The notes beneath the pieces are model-generated. The model searched no databases and was not told the origin of the DNA. It saw only the letters and a program-made list of their open reading frames with translations. From NCBI RefSeq assembly GCF_009914755.1, contig NC_060936.1: 64,000 nucleotides of DNA, one strand, 5' to 3'. Origin of the DNA: the human T2T-CHM13v2.0 reference genome, Homo sapiens. Each line of letters starts with the position of its first letter. The stretch's first letter is position 1. Positions 1 through 41,323 of the stretch are shown here, one piece after another. Both the position numbers and the translations under genes were made by a program.

Positions 1-16808
<16,808 letters not shown>

Positions 16809-17600
16809 GGCCCTGCCCCGTCGGACTGCCCCCAGAAAGCCTCCTGCCCCCTGCCGGTGAAGTCCTTCAGTGAGCCCCTCCCCAGCCAGCCCTTCCCTGG
16901 CCCCGCCGGATGTATAAATGTAAAAATGAAGGAATTACATTTTATATGTGAGCGAGCAAGCCGGCAAGCGAGCACAGTATTATTTCTCCATCCCCTCCCT
17001 GCCTGCTCCTTGGCACCCCCATGCTGCCTTCAGGGAGACAGGCAGGGAGGGCTTGGGGCTGCACCTCCTACCCTCCCACCAGAACGCACCCCACTGGGAG
17101 AGCTGGTGGTGCAGCCTTCCCCTCCCTGTATAAGACACTTTGCCAAGGCTCTCCCCTCTCGCCCCATCCCTGCTTGCCCGCTCCCACAGCTTCCTGAGGG
17201 CTAATTCTGGGAAGGGAGAGTTCTTTGCTGCCCCTGTCTGGAAGACGTGGCTCTGGGTGAGGTAGGCGGGAAAGGATGGAGTGTTTTAGTTCTTGGGGGA
17301 GGCCACCCCAAACCCCAGCCCCAACTCCAGGGGCACCTATGAGATGGCCATGCTCAACCCCCCTCCCAGACAGGCCCTCCCTGTCTCCAGGGCCCCCACC
17401 GAGGTTCCCAGGGCTGGAGACTTCCTCTGGTAAACATTCCTCCAGCCTCCCCTCCCCTGGGGACGCCAAGGAGGTGGGCCACACCCAGGAAGGGAAAGCG
17501 GGCAGCCCCGTTTTGGGGACGTGAACGTTTTAATAATTTTTGCTGAATTCCTTTACAACTAAATAACACAGATATTGTTATAAATAAAATTGTAAAAAAA
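16809..17600 (+). other. LRP1: LRP1 3' UTR
   Basis: Runs from the stop codon to AATAAA at 17583-17588; the exact cleavage site is obscured by the genomic A-run. Confidence 0.85.
17583..17588 (+). terminator. LRP1: LRP1 polyadenylation signal AATAAA
   Basis: Canonical hexamer in an AU-rich stretch about 780 nt after the stop codon. Confidence 0.85.
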
Positions 17601-20600
17601 AAAAAAAAAAGGCCAAAAAAAAAAAAAGAAAGAAAAAAAGCCGCTGGTGTCTGCCTGTGTGTGAGAGACGCTGGGAGCTGGGGCTGCGCTTTCCTGCTTC
17701 GGCCACCAGAGGGAGACCTGCCCCGTGCTGGAGGCAGGCTGGCGCGTGGTTTTTAGTGCCCTTCTCCCAGGGCCCTCCCCCTCTCCATCTTACTGTGCCC
17801 GGGAAGCGGGTGGCACTGGACTTGACATGGAAGATCTGCTTCTCCTGGCTGTGTGACCTTCAGCCATGACTTCGAGTCTCCAGATTTTGTGTTCCCTCTG
17901 GGTCTAGGACACTAACTCAGATCTGTTTCTCTGCATTCACTTCTACCAGACACCACCCCCCTACCCAAAATGATCACCCACAGTGAGAAGCCCCACTATA
18001 AGAAGTGAATACACTGAGGCTGCAAAGGTTTTCTCATCCTTCAGGGTCCTCCCATGCGGTTCTCTCTGCCTGAGTCTGCTCTTGAAGCACTGACGTCTCA
18101 CTTTGTGGAGACTAATGAATCAAATGCGAAGTAAAATGCTGCATTCCAGAGCCAGGTGTCTCCTGCGGTAAAGGAGAGCTGGGAAGACCAGTTTGCCAGG
18201 CCCTCTAGGCCCCCAGCAGCTCCAGCTCACCAATCATTTCAGTCATTCCAGGGGGTAACAGGAAAAAACTGTCAATCAAAAGTGTCCAGGTCCATTTCAA
18301 CCCCTGCCTAGAGGGGGAAACTTCTTGCAGAAAGTTGCACAGTTTACACTGCCCAGGACTAGAGAGGGTTTGAGTCCCAGTACAGCAAATATGAGCTCAG
18401 GAAGGGTGGCTGCAAATGTCTGAAGATCCCTTACCCAACTCCCAACCAGGAAGTGCTGCCTTTCATTCCTCCTCCCTCACTGGTTCAACTCCAGGAGATT
18501 CCTCCCAGGCTTCCTTCTGCCTTGGGGAAGCTACAAGTCTAGGCACCTGTGGAAAGAGGAGCCCTCCCCTTCCCTTCTTAGCCTTCAGAAGCTCTCTCCA
18601 ACCTCATCCTCCAAGCCAACTCTGAGATCCTCCCCTGCCTTCAAAAGGGCCCTGGATGGGCAACTGCGGGGAAACAGAATCCGTGGTTGCCGAGTAGGAG
18701 GTCTGTGTCCCAATCTGGCCACCAGGTGGTGTCTGTACGCCTGGAGCACCGCCTATCCTGAAGCCCCACACAGCCCCCGCCTCAGCACTCATTATGCACC
18801 TGCGGGGGACCCCAGCCCAGTCTCTCGCTTCCTTCTCTCCGGCTATTTTGCCACACCCCTCCACCCTCTGCCAGCCAGCTCCCCTCCCTGCCCCAGCACC
18901 TGCCTGCTCCCACCACCACCAGCCCCAACCCTGCCCCTCTGCCATCGGTGCATCTGGTGCCCCCCGGGAGCCACTGATCTCTGCCTGTCACCTCAAGATC
19001 CTGGGCAGAGCGACAAGGGACCCCCGCTGCAGCTTGGAAGGCATACCCCTCCAGTCAGCATCCCCCACTCCGCCTGTCAGGACCTGCTAGGAGAAGGTCC
19101 ACCAGGAGGCAGTTTCTCAAACTACCCACCCGGGAGGCAGGTGGGAAGCCCTCACCTTGGCCTGAGAGATGGGAAGAACCAGGGACAGAGGCTGAGAACC
19201 AGGGACAGAAGCTGATACCGAATGAGAGGCAGAAACCCAGAGGCGGAGAGACAGGGGGACAGAGGCAAAGACCCAGAGACAGGGCGAGTAGTGTGCATGT
19301 GTGTGTTTGCACTTGTGTTTGTGCGAGCGCGCACACATGTGTGTGTGTAACTGGAGAGAGAACAGGTGGCCTGAGACTGTAGCTAAAGGAGGAGAGATGC
19401 AGTGGGTTCGGCCCCCAGAAGACCAGGACCCTGGTAATGGGCTTCTGTCCTGGACAGCCTACGCCTAGGTGTGCCCACTGTTCCCACCTACTACTGAAGC
19501 AGCCCCCGTGCCTGGAACGTGGGCTCAGGGTTCTGGCTCAAGGCCTTTTGGCCTTGAGCCTGAACATTTCTGCCCCTTCCTGCCTCTCTCCTCTCCACCC
19601 CCACCCCGGCACCCAGGTTCCTGCCTCCTGGCTTCTGCCTGTCTCCCTGGGTGTCTCTGAATCTGCCTCGTCCTCTCAGCACCGGTCCTTTTCCTGACTC
19701 GTGTGTGTGGCTGTCACGTCCCATATCTATCTGTCCATTTCTTTGTATGTGCCCCCACTTGTCTTCTGGGCTGCCAGTGACAGCATACACCTGTGTATGT
19801 CTCAGTGTGTGTGTCCACCTCTGTGGGTGTTTGCTCTCTGCCAAGACAAAGAGAGGGTGAGCGCACTGAGCAACTGTCTGGGTGTGCTCGTCTGGGTGCA
19901 GGTGTGCTCACCTCTGTTGCTGTGCTCCTCTGTGTGTTGGGGTGCCGCTAGGTGTGCGCCTGTCTCTGTATTTCGCTCTGTGTGCCCTGTCCCCGTGAAG
20001 GCATCTGCGTGCATCCCTGGGGTGGGCTCTCAAGGGATGTGTCTGTCTCTCAGTCTCTTTGCTTGTCCCTATCTCTGTCTAGGTGTTGGTCATACCACAA
20101 CCTCAGCCACAGCCTCAGTGCATAGCAACAGCTGACAGCTGAAACCACCCGGGCAGGAGAGAGAGAGGCAGTGGGGAGGAGGGAACCGAGGAAGAAACAG
20201 AGAAGAGGATGGGGGCAGAGAGCTGGGGCTGGGGACAGAGACAAGGACAGAGATAGGGAATGGGGACAAGGATCTAGAAGAGCTGGTGGTGAAAGATGGG
20301 ACGGCGGGAGGGGAGGAACAGAGACTGCACCAAGAGGCCAGGCAGGCGGCGCTGAGAGGGATTTCCTGCCCAGCCCCCATGCAGAGGCGCACTGGGCCTC
20401 GTGGGGGTCAGTGGTGGGGGCCAGGGGCAAAGGTGAACAGCCGGTCTAGCCGAGGGGTCCTGAGACCGCAGAGGTGCGGTGAGGCGGGGACGGGGCGGCG
20501 GGCGCCGTTTGTCAGCCCTATTGACAGACGTGATGGGGTTTCCGTCCGTGATCAATGATTCTCATCTCCGGGCCGAATGAGCCGCGGGGCGCCCATCCAT

Positions 20601-21208
20601 CCCCGTCAGCATCGCGCGGCGGCAGCCGCCCGAGGCCCCGCCCGTCCCCACCTCGGCCCCTGCCCTGCGCCTGCCCCGACACACCTTGGCCCTGAACAGG
20701 GCAGAGGCCCGGGCCTTGGAGAGCGTCGTCCGGCTGGGCTCCGCGGCGCCCCCACTCCAGGTGCACGGGCCCGGAGCCCAGAGCCCCACGCCCTGCCCCG
20801 TTCCTCCTGGGCGCACAGACGCGGCCTCTCGGGGGACCAGTGCCTGAGCCCCTCGACCCCCTCCGCTTCGCACCTGGGCCAGGGGCGTGTCCGGGGCGTG
20901 CCGGTGTGAAAGTCACCTTCGGTGCCCCCAGCTGGGCGGGAGGGGGCGCGCGGGGCGCGGCCGGGATTGGAGCGCCGCGGAGCCCCGCCCCCCGCCCGCG
21001 GAGTCAGACCCAACTTTCTCCCCCGCCCGCGCCCCGCCCCCAGCGCCGGCTCCGCGCCTCGCGCCCAGTCCGCGGGCCGCGCCGCCGCTCCCGCCGCTCC
21101 CGCCGCTCCCGCAGCCGCCCCGCCGCCCGCCCGGAGCCCCGCGTCCCTAGGCCTGGCTCCCGCCTGCCCGAGACCCGCCCAGCCTGCCCCGCTCAGCCGC
21201 CAGAGAAG

Positions 21209-29985
<8,777 letters not shown>

Positions 29986-30666
29986 CGCCCCTCCCCAGCC
30001 AGTCCTGAGCCTCCCGCCAAATCCCAGCCTCACTAGGTGGGACCCCCTTCCCAGTGTTCTGCCGCTCCTGTGGCCATGTCGCCCACTCCTTCCACTCTGG
30101 GGGCGGAGGGGAATGGCTTCTCGGGACCCTCAGCTAGCGTGGGTGCCCTTTTCCTTATGCGGAGTGCCCGCAAGGCTGGGGTAGCCCCCTCCAGTACACC
30201 CCAAAGTGAAAGGGATAAGAGTGCAGCCCCAGAATAGGCGGGGCTTGGAGGCGGTCCCAATGTCCCCTGGGTCCACAGTGGGTCCCCTTTTCACCCTTGG
30301 CGCTAGGCTGCGCACTCCCTTTCCCCGCAGCTTTAATAACTCCTGGCCTGGCACCCTCACCCCACCCTGACTTTCCCATCCCCCAGCGCTTGTCCTGCTT
30401 CACCCTACCCCGCCTAAGACTGTAAAGGCCTAAAAACCTCGGCCTGTCCTCCCACCATTCTGCCTGCCATATGCCTGTCCCCTTTTCCTCCAAACCCTAT
30501 TAGGGTACCGGAAGCAGAACCCCTGGGCTGAGGCCCTGGCCCTGCCCCCGGCCCCTGCCCCTGCCCGCCCCCCTCCAGTCCAGGCAGTCGAGCTCCACCT
30601 GCCCTCTCCTGCTGCTTCCTCTCGGTGATATTTTTTCTACGCCAAAACAGACGGGAAAGGGAACAA

Positions 30667-30672
30667 AATAAA
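30667..30672 (+). terminator. NXPH4: NXPH4 polyadenylation signal AATAAA
   Basis: First canonical hexamer, about 680 nt after the stop codon. Confidence 0.8.
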
Positions 30673-31859
30673 GTGAAATCCAATACACGCCTGTGTGAGA
30701 CCTTTGTAGGGAATGGGGAGGTGGCGTGGGGCTTCTATGTGGTAGAGACCTGGCCAAGGCCTTCTCCCTCAGCGGCTCTTGGGGAAACCAAGACAAAGAC
30801 TGACAGAGCTAGCACCTTGGAAGTCACCAAAGACCAGATCAAAGAGAGCTGAGGGTTACCCTCGGGGTAGGAGCCCCGCCTGAGGTTGGGATTCTCCTCC
30901 CTGAGGTGGGCGAAGGGAAGCTGCAGCAAGTGGGATGGAAATGAGACCTGAGTGGGGATCACCAGCGGACGATTTGGGGAAGGAGGTGTAAGACCTTGAA
31001 TGGGATGGACAGGGACAGTGTAGGCAGAGCGCTGACAACCTGCTAAGCTCCACGGGGCCGGCGGGAGGTGGCAGGTTGGGAGGGAGGGGGAACGGTGTTC
31101 GCGGCATCTGGAGTCATCGATCTTCCTTTTCCTTCCTAATTTCGTGGGCGCTGAGTTTGCAGACGGAGGAGGTGGGGAGGGAGCTTTGGGATGAGGGGGT
31201 GGGGGAAGGGACCAGCGCGGGTTTGGAGGGCGGGGCCCGTGGCCGCTACTTGCCACTAGCAAACACAGCCCCCTTTAGCCAGCTGCCCACCCTCCCCCAA
31301 CCCCTGCCTCCGGCTCCCTCCTGCAGCCGAGGCTGCTAATTTTATCCGCCCCCGACCCTGGCCTGGGCGTTAATTGGCTGCGGCTTCATTAGCGGTTCTC
31401 CGCTCAGCCGCCCCCTCCCCTTGGGGCCCCTGGCTGGAGGAGGGAGGGGGGGCGGTGCGGACAAGCTGAGGCACCGAGAAACTCCTCATCTTCGCCTTGA
31501 GTCCGGGGTCAGGGTGCCCACTGGGAGGGCAGTGTTCCCCAGGGGCTTGCCCACTGGCTCCAGCCTGAAACTGAGTCAGACACGGGGTCTGACCCAGACA
31601 TATCTGGGAGTGAAAAGTCAGTAAGCAGAAAATAAATATCTGCTGGCTGGCTGGCTGAATAACAGGGTCAACTGAAAAGAGGAGGGAGATCAGGAATGGT
31701 TCTGGATCCGAGATTGGCCAAAAGCAGAAGAACCCGGAAGTCTCCTAACACCAGGCTTATTGCTGGAAACACCTGAGAAGAGCTGAGCCTAGAATGGCAG
31801 GGAAGGAGCTTCCGGCTAAGGGGAGATTTCTAAGGGCTGGTATGAGAACCAGGTGGGAA

Positions 31860-32152
31860 CGGCTGGAATTAACAAATTCGCCCATCTGGGCCTTAGTTTC
31901 CCCACTTGTAAAGCTACAGTAAAATAGTGTGTGGTGGGGATTCTATGAGGCTTTTCCTGTGAACATGCTGCTGTGCTGGATAGTCCTCCCCTCTTCCTCT
32001 GCCTCCTCCTCTTCTTCCTCATACAGCTGGACATCTGAGAGCAGAGTTAGGTGTGTCTTCCTGTCATTGCACTTGTCACACTTTGTTACCTGTTCACCTC
32101 TTGGTATCCTAGCAGCCAGTGAGCTCTTCATGTATCTCCAGGGCTATGGAAT
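31860..32152. repeat. Left arm of a local inverted duplication (partner 33222-33525)
   Basis: Reverse complement aligns by eye with 33222-33525, e.g. CATGTTCACAGGAAAAGCCTCAT(A/T)GAATCC(C/T)CACCACACA and ACAGGTAACAAA..GACAAGTG. Confidence 0.9.
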
Positions 32153-32211
32153 GCCTGGCATAGAGTAACATTGCTACATAAGGCAATGATTCGCAAAACC
32201 ACTGCTTAACA

Positions 32212-32955
<744 letters not shown>

Positions 32956-32967
32956 TAATTAAAAAAA

Positions 32968-33139
32968 AAAACTTGGCTTATCAGAATCACTGAGGAGAGG
33001 TTTAGTTGTGTGACAGCATAAGTGGGCAAATGTCTACTCTTTGAGATCCATTGAATTAGAACCTCTGAAGACAGACCCCACACTCATATTTATATCATAT
33101 TTTCTAACCCATTCTGATGCTGAGGTTTGGGAACCTACT
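32968..33139. mobile_element. MER5-like hAT-Charlie DNA transposon fragment (its 5' end probably at ~32183-32200, split by the Y RNA/Alu stack)
   Basis: ATCAGAATCACTGAGGAGAGGTTT..TTCTAAC..TGATGC..TTTGGGAACC resembles the MER5 consensus; CAATGATTCGCAAA resembles its TIR CAGTGGTTCTCAAA. By eye only. Confidence 0.55.
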
Positions 33140-33221
33140 CCTGGAGGGGTTGATGAATCCCATTCCCAAGGGTTTCTTCCGGATGAAGTCAGGCTAAAAG
33201 GAAGATCCCTTCCAGTCTCAA

Positions 33222-33525
33222 AGATCTATAGCCCTGGGGAAAAAAGGAGAGCCCACCGACTCCTGGGACATCAAGAAGTGGACAGGTAACAAAATGGGAC
33301 AAGTGAACAACAGGAGGGGTGCCTTCCTCTGCTCCCAGATGTCTGAGGAGAAAGAGGAGATGCCATGTAGGAGGCAGGTCTGTGGGTCAGAGGAAGAGGG
33401 GAGGACAATCTGTCACAGCGCATGTTCACAGGAAAAGCCTCATTGAATCCTCACCACACAGTATTTTCTTGTGGCTTTACCAGGGAGGAAACTGAAGCCC
33501 ACACAAGCTAATGCACTAGTCCCAG
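33222..33525. repeat. Right arm of a local inverted duplication; its distal end is MIR-derived
   Basis: See partner arm; GAGGAAACTGAAGCCCA..CAGAGCCGGAACTTGAATTCAGGTCT resembles the MIR core. Confidence 0.88.
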
Positions 33526-34016
33526 AGCCGGAACTTGAATTCAGGTCTCCGACCCTTCTAAACCACGGTGCTTTCCAGTGTTCCATAGCTCTTTATCTTG
33601 TGTGGGGGTCTAGATCTCCTGGAGTCTAATAATGCTAGCTAGATATTCAGTAGGCACCCTATAAACGTTTGTCTTGACAACAAGCAGAGAGAAAACCCTG
33701 AAAAGCTTCAAGATAGTAAGGAGAGGGGGCGGCACTGGACCTCTGTTTTTGTTTTTTGTTTTTTTCCCCCCAGGCAAGGGCCTCTAACCCTGGGGCTACA
33801 GACGGGAATCATAAAGAAAAAAGCGGTGAGTGGGCGAACTACAATTCCCAAAAGGCCACAAAGGGGCCACCACTACGCATGCGTAGATCCCTCCCGTTAG
33901 CTTTGGCGCCTCAGCGAGCTCTTCTCGCGCATGCGTTCTCCGAACGGTCTTCTTCCGACAGCTTGCTGCCCTAGACCAGAGTTGGTGGCTGGACCTCCTG
34001 CGACTTCCGAGTTGCG

Positions 34017-38599
<4,583 letters not shown>

Positions 38600-38946
38600 A
38601 GGCACCTGGGAAATGAGGCCCACAGACTCAAAGTTACTCTCCTTCCCCCTACCTGGGCCAGTGAAATAGAAAGCCTTTCTATTTTTTGGTGCGGGAGGGA
38701 AGACCTCTCACTTAGGGCAAGAGCCAGGTATAGTCTCCCTTCCCAGAATTTGTAACTGAGAAGATCTTTTCTTTTTCCTTTTTTTGGTAACAAGACTTAG
38801 AAGGAGGGCCCAGGCACTTTCTGTTTGAACCCCTGTCATGATCACAGTGTCAGAGACGCGTCCTCTTTCTTGGGGAAGTTGAGGAGTGCCCTTCAGAGCC
38901 AGTAGCAGGCAGGGGTGGGTAGGCACCCTCCTTCCTGTTTTTATCT

Positions 38947-38952
38947 AATAAA
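38947..38952 (+). terminator. SHMT2: SHMT2 proximal polyadenylation signal AATAAA
   Basis: Canonical hexamer about 350 nt after the stop codon, with an upstream U-rich tract. Confidence 0.8.
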
Positions 38953-39160
38953 ATGCTAACCTGCCCTGAGTTTCCATTACTGTGGGTGGGGTTCCCCTGG
39001 GCCAAACAGTGATTTGTCTCCCTCAATGTGTACACCGCTCCGCTCCCACCACCGCTACCACAAGGACCCCCGGGGCTGCAGCCTCCTCTTTCTGTCTCTG
39101 ATCAGAGCCGACACCAGACGTGATTAGCAGGCGCAGCAAATTCAATTTGTTAAATGAAAT

Positions 39161-39166
39161 TGTATT
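39161..39166 (-). terminator. NDUFA4L2: Probable NDUFA4L2 variant poly(A) signal AATACA
   Basis: The only AU-rich island at the end of a GC-rich 3' UTR; no canonical AATAAA seen on the minus strand between here and the stop codon. Confidence 0.6.
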
Positions 39167-39800
39167 TTGCCCACGGCTGCTTCTGTTTGATCCCTGGGGA
39201 CAGAGGGGAGCAAGGGAGGGGAGTGGCAGGGGGAGGCCCAGGTGTGGGGCTGGAGGGGGTACTGGCGGCAGCGGGAGGCAGTAGGCTTGGGCAGGGGAGG
39301 AGTGCGCTGCGCCTCAGGAGGCAAAGGTGCCCCAGCCTGGGCAGGCCCTGGACCAGCCCAAGCTGAGCAGCGCCGCCCCTGGGCTGGCTCTCAGAGCCTG
39401 GGCTAACGTGGAGCCCGCCACGTCGCTTGGCACTCAGAGGCCCCTGCTTCTTGTTGGCTCACGTAGGCCACGCTCAACACGTAGCCTGTGCCACACCCTT
39501 CGAGGCCCGGGTAGGAGGGCAGAGGGGCTGGTCTGGGCTCTTGGTGGACCCCTGCTGGTGCTGCCTGCCTCCTCCTCCCCCACGTGGGACTCAAGCCAAG
39601 GGTCAGAGGCGCTTCCGCTGCTGGGAGCAAGGGAGGAGAGTAGGGGTGGAGCAGCCTCCCCTCTGCGTGGGAACCCGGCCTGTGTAAGCAGTAGCGGGAC
39701 AGGGTGGCCGGAGTGATGCCTTGGGGCCTGCGGGGAGGAGTGGAAGAAGTGGATGGGCTGGCTGGCTGTGGCTTGCATGGCACTGGCAGCCCAGCCTGGC

Positions 39801-41323
39801 TTAGAAGTCTGGCCGGTCCTTCTTCAGCTTCTTATAGTCAGTGGAAACTGCAAGGAACTAAGAGGAGAGGGAAAGGGGGTTGCGCTGAGTACCCCAAGCC
39901 TCCCTTTGCTTCTAGTACGGGAGTTGTGGGTGCCAGGACCAGGAGATAAGAGGATGGGGGGCAACCCTAGAGCCATCGAGAGGTACCTTGTATTGGTCAT
40001 TGGGGCTCAGGCGGTTCCAGGGCTCCGGGTTGTTCTTTCTGTCCCAGCTGTGGAGCAGGAGGGGGGAGGGTTAGGGTCTCCTCCCTGGGACCCAGAACTC
40101 TGTAACCCAATTTGACCCCCAAGCTCCACCCGGAGGCTCTGGCCCCACCCCAGTACCCCTGCCTCCTGCCCTGGGGGTCCCATTTCCCAGATACTGACAA
40201 AGGAACGGTCATATTAGCAGGTGCTGACAAGTGAGACAAGAAGCCTGTCACCATTGTCAGCATGGGGCTGCGTGACAAACTGACAACGGGGCCCAGGGAC
40301 TCCCACTTGCTGCCTGCCACCCTAGGTTAACCCTAAGAGCAGAGTCGTGGGAATCAGACACAGATCCCAAGGGGCTGGGTTTCTGGTGATGTGCCGGGAA
40401 TTATAAAGCCATGGGTGCGCCTTTCACTTCCGGACCCTCTCCGCGGCCGGGTGTGAAATCTCCGCCCCACACTGGTCCCCAATGCCACCCCCAGCAGCTC
40501 ACCCGGCCACAACCCCAGTGCTCTGGTGAGGACTTAGAGGTACCCAAAAGCCCAAGCCCACCGCTGGCTGAGCGGCGTCGTCATGGCAACCAGGCCGGGA
40601 GAGGCGCGGGTTCCGCATTTCAGGGCGGGCCAAGCTGAGGAGTGAGCGGCCAGGTGGGCTGGAGGGGATACGGGGGTCTCCCAGGTCAGCAGTGGGCTCC
40701 AGCCCTGAGATGCCGGTCGGTACAGTCGAAGGTGCATGCAGCAGGGCACGGGATCCCCACTAGGGCCGCCTATTTCCACCCCATCTTGCCTCACCCAGGC
40801 CCCCGTGAGCATCCCAAGCCGTGCCTTTACCAGACGTCGGGGCTGCGAAGGGCGAGTCGCAGCAAGTAAAGCGCAGCGCTGCCCATGCCCAGGCAGATTA
40901 AGCCGATCATCGGGATGATCTGCGGGGAAGAGGGAGAGCACTTTTGGGGTCAGCCCTCTCCCCGCAGTTCCCAGTCACCCTTTACAAGCTTTTCTGCCCA
41001 CCCCAACCCCACCCCGGGTCTGGTGCTCCCTCCCTGGAATCTCCTACAACCATATTTCCTGGCATGGTCTCCCTCACCCTACAGCGATCGTGTCCAAGGT
41101 AGTAGATTTGTGGGACACAGGGACGTTTCGGAGAGAGACTGGGGCAACCTTAGGGGAAGAATAGGAGCGCTGAGGGACCTGGGCACAAGGCAAGGCATTG
41201 GGGGATTTGGAGGGTGGGGCAGCAGGAGAGTTAGGAGTTAGAGGTTCTGAGGTTCTGAGGACTCACCCCCGGATGTCTTTTGATCTGCCGGTAGAAGCGG
41301 GCCCCAAGACTGGCTCCTGCCAT
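39801..41323 (-). CDS. NDUFA4L2: NDUFA4-like 2 (COXFA4L2), hypoxia-induced mitochondrial inner-membrane protein, 87 aa
   Basis: Minus-strand exons 41323-41267, 40919-40831, 40047-39987, 39857-39801 give [87 protein letters not shown]; all junctions GT-AG and in phase. Confidence 0.98.

Noticed and set aside
17594-17639. Processed-pseudogene or retro-insertion tail
   Set aside because: LRP1 has all its introns and there is no TSD; this is a genomic A-run after the poly(A) signal.
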